64,000 nucleotides of DNA from Mytilus trossulus (Eukaryota). The notes beneath the pieces are model-generated. The model was not told where the DNA came from. It was given only the letters and a program-made list of their open reading frames with translations, and did no database searches. The stretch is taken from positions 56,792,001 through 56,856,000 of the forward strand of contig NC_086378.1 in NCBI RefSeq assembly GCF_036588685.1, written 5' to 3'. The position numbers and the translations under genes are program-made. This document shows, piece by piece, positions 12,116 to 23,500 of the stretch (position 1 is the first letter of the stretch; every line of letters begins with the position of its first letter).

Positions 12116-14502
12116 TATTTAAAATGCATATTAGAAAAACGTCGTCAACAATCAAGTAATTGATTTACTAACTTACTCAGCAACTAAGCAAGGGCTATTC
12201 TCCTTAATTTACCTTGAATGGGTGAGAAAATGTCAAGGGGACTATTAAAATCCACATACCTGTTATCGACGCGGTCTTAGGACTAGTAGACAATATTGAG
12301 TATCATCCCATCAAAACAAATAAAAAGAGGTTAAGATAATCGAGACTAATTATCAAAAAAATTGTTACATTTTCAGTTTCCTTTCTTTTATTTCATAAAG
12401 TTTGATTGGGAAATTATAATTGTATCATGGTAAATGTTAGGTATTATCCATTTACAATAATGATAAAAAATCTTTTTAATCTTATAATTATTTATTCTTG
12501 TAGTATTTGGGGCACATTGTATTCCGTTTTGAACTTGTCTACATAACACTCGCCAGTTAAACGGACAGTGGTTAAAGCATCCTATCTAATGGAATGGACT
12601 CTTGATTTGTGCGAACATTTTATAATCCTGGTATCTTTGATAACTATTTACAAGATGGCTCAGGACATAAAATTTCAATCAAGGCTTTATATAGTTTACT
12701 ATCAGTTGATATATGAAAAAAACATACCTCCTTTTTGGAATGGACATTTACTAGGCGTCTGTTTTGTATTGACGTCTGATGCCTTTAGATATTCTTCCAC
12801 ATCTTCACATTTAATTCGACTAGAAATGCCAGTAGCCTCCCTCCACGGAGTGCTCATGTCGAGTCGAGAATACCATTTAAGAGAATAAATTCCATTTGTG
12901 AATTCTTCATCTAAAATTTGGTAAATGAATAATGAGCTTGTGTTAACTATGCATTTAGCTGTAAAAACTTTCATCCATTACTCGATGCATGTAAAGAACA
13001 GACAGGCAAGATATAGGACGAAATAGAGGGACAATAGTTCAAACAATGCAGAGGGTATCATTTCATTCCAGCATGGAACATGCAGTTTCCTTTACCGTGC
13101 CTTGCAACCGTAAAAACAACGTCAACTTCGTGAAATGTTACCTTTTCAATATTTTTTAACATTCAGTGTGATTTTAGTCATATACATTATAGCTCACTAC
13201 CACCGTCATTGATCATATTTTTGATGATTTATTTTATGAAACACCCCTCCTGGATACATGCACAGTGTTTACGTGTATAGTAAAAGCTAGCATTTTGAAC
13301 TCTTATTTGAGACGTGCGTCAAGATTTTATTGCGTAGGAAGACAGCTTCTTTGCTGTGGGGTGAATATCATATTGTTGGGGAAAAATAATTACATTGTTG
13401 AATAATGAAGAGCACTGTTTTGGTGAATAAAAAGTTGTTAATGAATAACAATTATGAATATTGTTGGTGAATAAAATGTACATTGTTGGCATATGGAAAG
13501 AATTATGCAAGTTAATGATTATAACAGTTTTGGCTAACAAATAGCATTGTGTGGTTGAATAATATTATTCAATTTATTGTAGAGGTATAGGTGGATGCAC
13601 ATGTAGGTCGAGCAATCACGTTAAATAAAATCTGACAACCATGATATACGAAAGGAGTTGAAGGTGGCGTTAAACACTAAAAAGTATGGTATCAATCGAA
13701 TAGATGTTTAAAAAATGAAGTAGTGTAATGGATTCCTGTCATTGGAGTCGGTATGTTTGATAAATATTTTAGTCATTTGAGAAAGGAAATGAATGAAATC
13801 CGCCACACGATCGAGGTTATTAATGTTAACTGTTTTTACATTGTCTTACTTTTTATCGTTCCTATAATTCTATGTAACCTGAGTAACAATAGGGTACCAT
13901 TGAAAACGTCTACCGACGAAACATGTATGCAAATTTCAAATTATACTTACTAAATGTGAAATCAAAGTTAAGTGTCAGAACGTCTCCAGATTTAGGAGAT
14001 ATTGGACTCCATGTTACATTTATTTTGGAATCAGCTGCAAAACACAGTTACACCATTAAAAAAGTAAACAATAAAAAAAAATCAGCTACACATGAAAACG
14101 ACTAATTGTGTGAAATTTTCGGCCACACAGCTGTACAGAATCTAACTTCCAAAAAAGAGAATGTGAAAATAAAATGACTATATCATACAAAAGACTCCAT
14201 ACATTTTAATTATATAGAACTACCCTTTTACTCTGATCATACTACATCTCCTTATATTATATAACTATAAATGTATGGGTTTTGCTCATTTTTGAAGGCC
14301 GTATAGAGTCCTATATATAGTTGTTTACATCCTGGTCCGGTTTGTCTCTGGTGTGTAAGTGTCTCATTTGCATTCACATCCCATCTCATTTGTATGAGTA
14401 TTCTGAATGATGAAGGTGGTTATTAACGATATGGACTATCCGTGAGGGTCTTGAACAGTCGGTGTGTGAAAACAATATTTCTATATATTAATGTTAAACT
14501 TA

Positions 14503-14703
14503 TCACGTGGTCTTACGTGGTCCACAAGATACAGCGTGGCCAGATTTCGGTTTAGTGGTACCAGTTTTGTCATCAGCGTGGTCGGTTTTGTGGTCAGAAT
14601 TTATAATGCTATGTTGTTCCATTTCCTTGACAAGTCCAGCTTCCGCTAACGTCGTAATAAGTGCAGTAACTAGAAAACACACTAGAGCGAAACTTTTCAA
14701 CAT
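14503..14703 (-). CDS. small secreted orphan peptide (66 aa, predicted signal peptide)
   Basis: MLKSFALVCFLVTALITTLAEA-GLVKEMEQHS...CGPRKTT*: hydrophobic core and A-x-A cleavage motif; splice acceptor ttttactcttccag 6 nt upstream of a caaaATG context. Confidence 0.65.
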   Translation of the reverse strand: MLKSFALVCFLVTALITTLAEAGLVKEMEQHSIINSDHKTDHADDKTGTTKPKSGHAVSCGPRKTT

Positions 14704-15519
14704 TTTGCTCTGGAAGAGTAAAACATGTATTATTTTGAATGATATAATGGCTATAAACATAATCATAAAATTGGTAGTTGATAACTTATTTGTTTTAAAA
14801 ACAAAGATTTGTTATTGGTAATTTTACATAATTAAATTAATTATCATACATCTTAAGATATTCCGCTATTAATAACGCTGTTGAATTAAAGTTTCAAATT
14901 GTATCTTATATCTCATGAGTATTAGAAAAAGAATGTTATTGCCATTTTTTATTATATATTTTTACATTTTTATCTATTGTGTCTGTTTGTTTTGTTCACG
15001 CATCGGTGACAATATAATGGAATTTGATGCGAATGTCATTCAAGTGAGATGTTTAGCTAGCTATAAAACCCGGTTCAATCCACCATTTCCTACATAAGAA
15101 AATGCCTGTACCAAGACAGGAATATGACAGTTGTCATCCATTCGTTTGAGATGTGTTTGACATTTGATTTGGGACTTTCCCTTTTGAATTTTCCTTGGTG
15201 TTCAGTATTTTTGTGATTTTACTTTTTAATAAATTTTCGAATCCATTGCTTAAAGTTTGTTTTTCACATTTACAAATATAAAAAGTATGGTACACGGAAA
15301 AATTCTTATTACTAGTATTGATTATTACGCGATTATTCCAGTACTTCATCTAAAATTGCAGATGGTTTTCAAGACTAAACTAATATGTCTATTCCTACTG
15401 ACATTTACGGCATTGAATAGTCATATATTTTAAAGTCATGGCGGTATCTTTCACAGCTGATCATATAACGGGTTATGTATTTGATCATTGGTAAGCCGTT
15501 TCGAGTAAATGTATAATTG

Positions 15520-15705
15520 TCCTTCCAGAGCACATGAGATCATTCCCAGTTTTTGGTGGGGTTGATAACGATTGCTTAGTTTTTAGTTTTCTATGTTGTG
15601 TACTGTGTACTATTGTTTGTCGGTATGTCTATATTTATAGCCATGGCGTTGTCGGTTTATTTTCGATCTATAAGTTTAATGTCCTTCTGGTATCTTTCGC
15701 CTTTC
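15520..15705 (-). repeat. dispersed repeat (AAAGAGGGACGAAAGATACC family)
   Basis: Similar to copies at 45322-45490, 51428-51575 and 50281-50415. Confidence 0.6.
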
Positions 15706-16347
15706 TTGTACAGTTATTTCACCAAAGGATTGGCTGTATTCTGTTAAACTTTTTAACCAGACACCAGCATGTTATTCATCGTAAAATATACTTACCGACG
15801 GAAAAAAGAAGAAAAATCAGAAGAAAGACTAGTGTTTATATTTGACTATAATTTACTTACAACTTTGATGTCTTTGGGAGAATGTCGTCTAATGATTTGG
15901 ATTTTCCACTTCCTTGTTAAATTTCTACACTTTCGGTGTATTTCATTGTTCAGTACAATGAACAAATCCCAAATTACGTAAAGTAATAGTAGACAAGGAA
16001 GAGATATATTGTATGGCAATTTCATGGATGAATGGCCAGCCATTACGTAGGAAATATTTTTTTTTTTAGAAAATTTCAATTCGTTAGTTAACCCAATCCT
16101 ACATGTTACAGCTAACCAAATCGAGGAAATAACTTTTTAACTCGAAAAAAAAAGAGAACTCGACAAAAGACGCTACTAATAAAACAAAAGTTGTTTCTGG
16201 TCCATTTCTCTTTTTGAACAATAAAGTATTATCAAAAAACTAAAACTAAAGTAAAAATGATAAGTTATCATAGTGTTTAACTGCGATGTATACTATATGT
16301 GATGTAGAAAACAAAATACAGTATACAAAACATACAAGATTGATAAA

Positions 16348-16460
16348 CAGCTATCAAAGGTACCAGGAATTGAGTACAGACGCGCGTTTCGGCTACAAAG
16401 ACTCATCAGTGACGCTCAGATCAAAACAGTTTTAAAGCAAAACAACTACAAAGTTGAAGA
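16348..16460 (-). mobile_element. hammerhead-ribozyme element (core intact, stem I 3' strand partly deleted)
   Basis: Minus strand GCGTCA-CTGATGA-GTCTttgtAGCC-GAAA-CGCGCG-TC-TGTA at about 16375-16415. Confidence 0.8.
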
Positions 16461-17501
16461 GTACATGTGAAAACCAGTGACATTTTTTGGCAATTGACGA
16501 GAACACCCTTGTTCTAAATGTGCACACACATGATGACTCGAATTAGTTTTTGTGTCAGGATAGACTGCGTTGGAACTGGAAAACTACCGCTTGTCTCATA
16601 TCTGTTCCCATACTTGAGATGTGTTCGATTAGCAAAAGATGGTAAAAGGTTTAAAACCTTTTATGTTGATTCTTTAAAACATAAGAATAAAAGGGCAGCA
16701 TTTATATAGTCAGGATTTTAATTCGTCAAAATTAACTCCCTATTATACACCCCTTTTTTTCAATCATTAAAATGGAACTTATCCCAATTCAGACTTAACA
16801 TTAAAATCAAGAATTACAAAACATCAAGATGTAGAACCACAATAAAAGTACTGTTTCTTAATCTTTGGTTTATCGAGTGTGTGAAGGTATCATGTGTTTG
16901 AGTCAATACACCATTTTTCTTTCAAACGTATAGGACAAATGAACAGATAGTTTAATCTACAAAGTGTCATTACTTCATTTTTGTTTGAGTGTAACATAAC
17001 AAAGTAAGCAATGGACAATCAGTTTACTTATGTTAACCAATACAGCGAATAAAACTGTTATTTTCAACACACGTGTTAAAAACAATACAAGATTGAGAAA
17101 AACTCAAACCAGCAATAACATTAAATTAAGCAGACATTGAAATAATAAAAAGTCGAGTATTTCGAAATAATATTTACATAAATAAGTATAATATTTTGGA
17201 ATGTTTTAACCTAATCATAATTTAATTATTTTTGATAGCGGATTATTTACTTAAGTGATATTAACTGAACAATAGACATTTAAAATATTAAATCTCAATA
17301 TATAACTGCTTCTTATTGAAAGTGTTTTCAGAAACAGGATTGAATTATAATGTGTACAGCTGGATTAATGTATGCGCTTTTAATCGCTGCATAGGAAAAA
17401 TTTGTTCAGCAATATGTCAAATTTGTTATATTAAAAATCTATGTTGGAACTGAAATCTCAAAACAAAATGTAAATCACGATTCCGCTAATGTTATCCAAT
17501 C

Positions 17502-18665
17502 ATGAATTATTCAACGCCAGTAAAAAAACTGTCAGTGACGTCTTTTTTGTCACCTTTTCAACAGAAAGGAAGAACAACAAAAGTCACATTTGAATCGTTA
17601 CCGAAACCACGAACACAATCTCGTTTTATGTTTGATGATTTTGGACATAGTCAGATTAATGGAAACCCGAACAGATTTAAGTCTGTACCAAGTTTACGTC
17701 CGTTTGCAAAATCTCTGGAAAATTCTAACACAAACGAAATTGAGGATGATTTTAAAACAATGGCGACCTTCAATACCCACATTGACCTACCAAGGGATGA
17801 TGATGAAGATTTAGCATATACACCGTACCAATATGAAGACGACGATTTCTATGATATCAGACCTCAAACATCTTACCTAGCTCAACCATTTGCAAGCCGA
17901 AACAGAGGGTTAGAGAGTATTGCTGAGTGCAGAACTCCAACTTCATCGTCGTCTGCTTCATCGCGAGGTGGTGACATCACGCCTGACTCACCTGAATATT
18001 ATCAAATTCTGGATGTAAAACGTGAAAAGGTCAAACCAAATAGCAAGGAAAACGGTTCGAAATCTGCGCCTAGTGATTCTAAACTGTATTCTCTTCCAAG
18101 GATTCAACAGGAACAAGTTGTAACACCAGTCAAAGTTAAATCAATACTATCACTCCGAGCGAACGAGAAGCTTCCAAATATAGCAAATGCTTTTCGAAGA
18201 ATTGAAAATTCAGAAACTTTCTTGGCCCATTCAAAATTTAGTTCTGGTCAAAGTAGGGCGGAATCCGTCGAAAGCATCAGGACGCCATCGACATCTAGGC
18301 ATCTTCTGTGGTCACGTGGATCTATTATGTCTGATGGAGGTTTTCCAAAAGCAAGATCAGAAACAAATATGACAAAATTATCTTTTCAATCGGAACCGAC
18401 ACCAACATTTCAAAGTTTGTCTCCTCTTAATAAAGGATTGAACAATAAAAAGAAAGTTCGTAAACTCAGACGTAAACCGGCAACTAAATTTTACGTCCCT
18501 TATAGATCCTTTTTAGAAAGTGTTGCAAGTAATCGGGATGATGAGGAAAAGAAAAAGTCAAAAAAACATATAAAAAGTGCCAAATTTACACTTTATTTTC
18601 CGTCTCTTCACAAAAAGTGTACTATTTCGCCCATAATAAAGGAAGGAAATTGGTGCCAAAAATAG
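17502..18665 (+). CDS. uncharacterised Ser/Pro/Lys-rich, probably disordered protein (387 aa, single coding exon)
   Basis: 1164-bp ORF in very AT-rich DNA, candidate upstream acceptor gtgttttcag at about 17330; basic NLS-like clusters KKKVRKLRRK and KKKSKK; no family recognised. Confidence 0.8.
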   Translation: MNYSTPVKKLSVTSFLSPFQQKGRTTKVTFESLPKPRTQSRFMFDDFGHSQINGNPNRFKSVPSLRPFAKSLENSNTNEIEDDFKTMATFNTHIDLPRDDDEDLAYTPYQYEDDDFYDIRPQTSYLAQPFASRNRGLESIAECRTPTSSSSASSRGGDITPDSPEYYQILDVKREKVKPNSKENGSKSAPSDSKLYSLPRIQQEQVVTPVKVKSILSLRANEKLPNIANAFRRIENSETFLAHSKFSSGQSRAESVESIRTPSTSRHLLWSRGSIMSDGGFPKARSETNMTKLSFQSEPTPTFQSLSPLNKGLNNKKKVRKLRRKPATKFYVPYRSFLESVASNRDDEEKKKSKKHIKSAKFTLYFPSLHKKCTISPIIKEGNWCQK

Positions 18666-19551
18666 TGTAGTACGTATCAAAATTTAGTTTAAAAATTAGT
18701 GGTGCACATTAAAACAGTGAATGTTTTTTTCAAAACTTTATTTTATTATCTTGTTTTCAATGATTTTAACAACAAAGTTGTTTCTAATTGTGTTTGTATT
18801 TTTGAAATATTGATATGAAATATCATTGTAAATGTCATGAATGTATTCAGATATTATGAAAGTAAATAATACAATTATGTCGTATTAAAACTTGAAGGAC
18901 CAAGTAAGTTATTACCAGTCTTTTATGATAAATTGGTTAGTAATTCATTTGTTTGTATTACACATATAACTTCGTTGAACGAATTATAATTATTCTAATA
19001 ATATGGGTGAATTTTTTTATTCCTTTGAATTTATTCTTAGAACTACAATGTGTCTAACTTTTTCAGAACAGATCTTGAAGTGTGCAGAGAATTCTTTTAT
19101 TTGTCTTTTTGTATATACAAGATATCAAGTATAATGACTTTATTATGCTGCATTTCGTTGTGTGGCTGTTCAAGATGTCATAAAAATTATATACTAATCT
19201 TGCGAATTATTCTAGTCTTGTCTATTGAAGCTTTCGCTCAGATGACTTATTTCATGCAAAATGTGCCGTATTCTTCTGTAATCCGGATAATTACGTTACA
19301 AATTTAACTTTTAGGGAGTTCATTGGAAATACCATGTTATTTTTACATTTTTGCACCTGATAACAAACATATTTTTCAATGTAATTGATATTGCTACATT
19401 GAACTGTCCGTTTGTTATTTTTATGCTCAAATGTGCACAAGGTCAGAAAAAAGTAAAAACACAAAAATACTGAACCCCGAGGAATATTCAAAAAGGAAAA
19501 TCCAAAAACAAAAGGCACACTCAATCCATTGGAAGGTGGATGTGTGCTGAT

Positions 19552-19903
19552 TGATAATTTAGTCTTAGATGCATGAGTGTTTGTATGCATTTTTGTCTAA
19601 GTTGTTATTGGCTTTGACCTAGCTTTCGGCAACTGCGACTACTTTCAGATCCTTTCTTCGTGTCTTTTTGTTGTTGGAAGGTACAAGTACATAATGTTTC
19701 GTTCTTTTTTTGTACATAAATTAGGTCGTTAGCTTTTTCGTTTGAACTGTTATAAATTTGTGATTTATGGGCCTTTATAGCTGACTATGTGGCTAGGGCT
19801 TTATTTTATTCTGAAGGCCGTAAGCAGACCTATAGTTGTTAATTTCTCTGTTACTTGGTCTTTTGTGAAAAGTGTCTCATTTGCAATCATACCACATCTT
19901 CTA
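19552..19903 (-). repeat. dispersed repeat (AAGAAGATGTGGTATGATTGCCAATGAGAC family)
   Basis: Reverse-complement similarity to 21668-22220; short fragments also near 14200-14390, 29850-29925 and 34910-34960. Confidence 0.65.
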
Positions 19904-20591
19904 TTCTATATATAATGATTGCTTTGTATTTGGTTCCCTGGTAATGTTTTAAGTTTCAATTCATTTCTAAGTTTGTTTAAACTGCAGCCACCCAACTACA
20001 AATAAACGTTAATATGCGTTTAAATTGTTCATACACATACAGAGACACATATATATATATATATATATTATCTTTCTCAGTTTTATTGTCAATTAATTTA
20101 ACAGCAGTTCAAACCTGAATACTCTAAAACACTCATTTCCACACAGTGTGACACACACTCCTATAGTATACTCACTCACACACAACTTTTTTAAAACCAC
20201 TGAAAACAAAATATAATTACAAGCAAATACATAATTCAAGTTTGCTTTTGACACATACAAAAATATATTTACACAAATGAGGAATAGGGGTCATAATTAT
20301 CATGATAATAAACGAACTGTGGGGCACAGTTGTCTAGGTTCTTGTAAAAATAAAATTTAATTTGTCTGATAGTCACTAAAATTCAGAGAAAAATATATTT
20401 GATTTGATTTATTTGATGACCCGACCTTCATCGTTTCTATAAGATCAAATAAAATCAAGGTTCATATAATTTGGCAAATGTTCATACATTATAATGGCAA
20501 GTATCCACTGAATGTGATTATATCAAATGTATTCAACCTTATTTAAATATATAATATCTACGTGAATTATGTGTTTGGATTGTTTAATAAT

Positions 20592-23500
20592 TTACAAATT
20601 GCTTTGTAATACTCCATGGTCATACTCGGGACTTCCCTCGCGCAAGGTTTTAAAGAAATGAACATGATGCTCAGGTTTCACGTATGTATTTATGACGGCA
20701 GGTATTTTATACATGCGTTTCATCCAAGCAGCCAACCGCGGAAATCGATCTTCTGTAATATCCGTTTCCGGTGCCACAACTGATATGACGTCAATGCGTT
20801 CAAACCATGGCCATATCATAAAATCCACCATACATGGTTTTGCACCTGCATATATATAATAACGTGTTAGAAATGTTATGAGGAATGAGGAGGTGTTTGG
20901 TTTAATACGTTATCTATTCAGCAACCGCAGTCGGCAGTTCAGATTGTGGGTTTGGTACTGTTCGGACCATGCTAATAACGTTTCAAAGAATTGGTACTTT
21001 GACATATATACGACATAAGACTAAGACATAAAACTGACTTAAAACGACCATACAAAAGTATATACCAAAAGAAGTGTCAAAAAAAGCCTCAACGAATGAC
21101 TAATATGACTATGATATACATGTATCTAAAGTGAATTCCTTTCTGGAAAACAACCATTTGACAAGCAAAAGATTAGATACTAGTAGAAGACTTAAAAAAA
21201 AGTTCACGATATACGGGGATGTGTTATTTTGACACTTGTTATATTTTACCTCCAAAAAAGTCTCCCCTTTTTTCTAAGGCGTCTTCATAACGTTGCATTT
21301 CACGTAAATATTTTTTCAATGTAACAGGAAAGGTGTCATTAGCCAGCGACGCCGGAACCTCATAAAATAATGCAATAACCTAGAACAATAAAGAAAAATA
21401 TTTTCAAGAACAATATGGTAAGATGAGTGGTACACACCGAACATTTATATTAACAGGAATACTAAAACAGCATGAACACTTTTGAAATTACAAACACTTG
21501 AAACAACACTTACACTTTTATCAACAGTCACACTTGGAACTAAATGAACACTTGTACTACCAAGAATGCTTAAATCACCATTAACATTTTTAACAGGACA
21601 CTTATAACAACATGAACGTTAATAAGAACAATACGTATAACAACATTAACACATTTAACAACATGTATAAAAAAGAAGATGTGGTATGATTGCCAATGAG
21701 ACAACTATCCACAATAGACCAAAATAACACAGACATTAACAACTTTAGGTCACCGTACGGCCTTCAACAATGGGCAAAGCCCATACCGCATAGTCAGCTA
21801 TAAAAGGCCCGATAATAAATGTAAAACAATTCAAACGAAAAAACTAACGGCCTCATTTATGCAAAAAAAAATAACGAAATACAAATATGTAACACATAAA
21901 TAAACGACAACCACTGAATTTACAGGCTCCTAACTTGGGACATAAATAATGTGACGGGGTTAAACATGTTAGCGGGATCCCAACCCTCCCCTAACCCGGG
22001 ACAGTGGTATAACAGTACAAAATAAGAACGAACTATAAAAATCAGTTGAAAAAGGCTTAACTCGTCAGATGGACAGAAATACAAGTGGACGTGGCCGGGT
22101 ACTTATACACTCATACTTACACAAAAAGACACAATGAACAGATCTGAGAGTACTCGCAGTTATCTGACAGTTAGTTCAAAGCCATTAACAACTAATAAAA
22201 AATCATGCATCTAAGACTAAGATGTGCACGTATAACGACAGGAACATGCATAACAAGAGAATAACAAAAATAACGAACTCTAAACAAATTCAAAAGGAAA
22301 GGTCCTTCATGTTTTTTCATCTGCATGGTGCTGCACATTGCAAGCTAACAACAAAAAGAATCGTCCATTGGTGTCTACTGCAAAATGACAACTATATGTC
22401 GGCTAGCAAATATGTTATTAAAAAAGATCGAGAGATTTTTAACAAAACATTACCTTTGAAAAGGTTTCTGACAACATTTTATCTTCAGCTTTTTTAAAGG
22501 GGTCAGATGGAGTAAGTTTGGGTTCAGAGTACATCTCATCCAGGTAATCATTACAAACACTGGACTCGTACACGACCTGGCCATCTTTCTCAAGGATCGG
22601 TACCAGTCCAGCAGGGTATCTTTCACGTAACCACTTGGGCTTTTGCTTCAAGTTTATATTGACAAGTTCATGACTGAAATGTAATGAGAATTCTTAAAAC
22701 AATTTATAAATAGAAACATAACATATCTGTTTTCATGAATAATATACAGTGATATAGAACGAATTCAAAGTTTGAACTGAAAAGTAAGTGTTTTTCTGTA
22801 CTGACTTTTATTGAATCTTCTTCTCTGTAACTTCCCCAAAACTTTCATATATAGTCAGAGATTGGCACTTAACATTGTTCAGAAACTTGTTCTAAATAAT
22901 GAGAAGACCATAGTATTGATCTATAAATAACCAATGTACCTTTTATTACTTTTAATTGCATAATTGCTGTCTTAATGATGTTTAGACCATGCATACATCC
23001 TTTAATTATAGTTTCATTTACCTATTTTAAATGTCATAGTTCTATACATTTGTCTAGTTCTGAATTTTATTTTGTCATTCGGATTTGACCTACAGCATAG
23101 TAATCTCTTTGTCGTTTAAAATAGCAAACAGGGAATTAACTTATAGTCAAATATCCTGTCGATCACTTAGTCTTACTTTTTGGCACTGAACAAGGTCATG
23201 TTTTTCGCAGACTGTTTATGACGTCTTTACACTAAATCACTAAATCCGTAGGATTTGTAAATTTTTAAGACTGATTGTTTTTTTTAATTATTAGTTGAAA
23301 TTAGTCTTTGGATAACCTTTCAGCCAATACTGTGAATATCCTTAAATCGATTCTATGTGTCTGCTATATATTTTTGTAAGTGTTTATTACCGATCTAGCC
23401 CTTTTCAACTGATTTTAGCAGTATATTGTGTTACAACGCTTTATCTAGTAGAGTCATTGGTAGGGGATTGAATGCTCACATTAGATCAAACATGTCCAGA

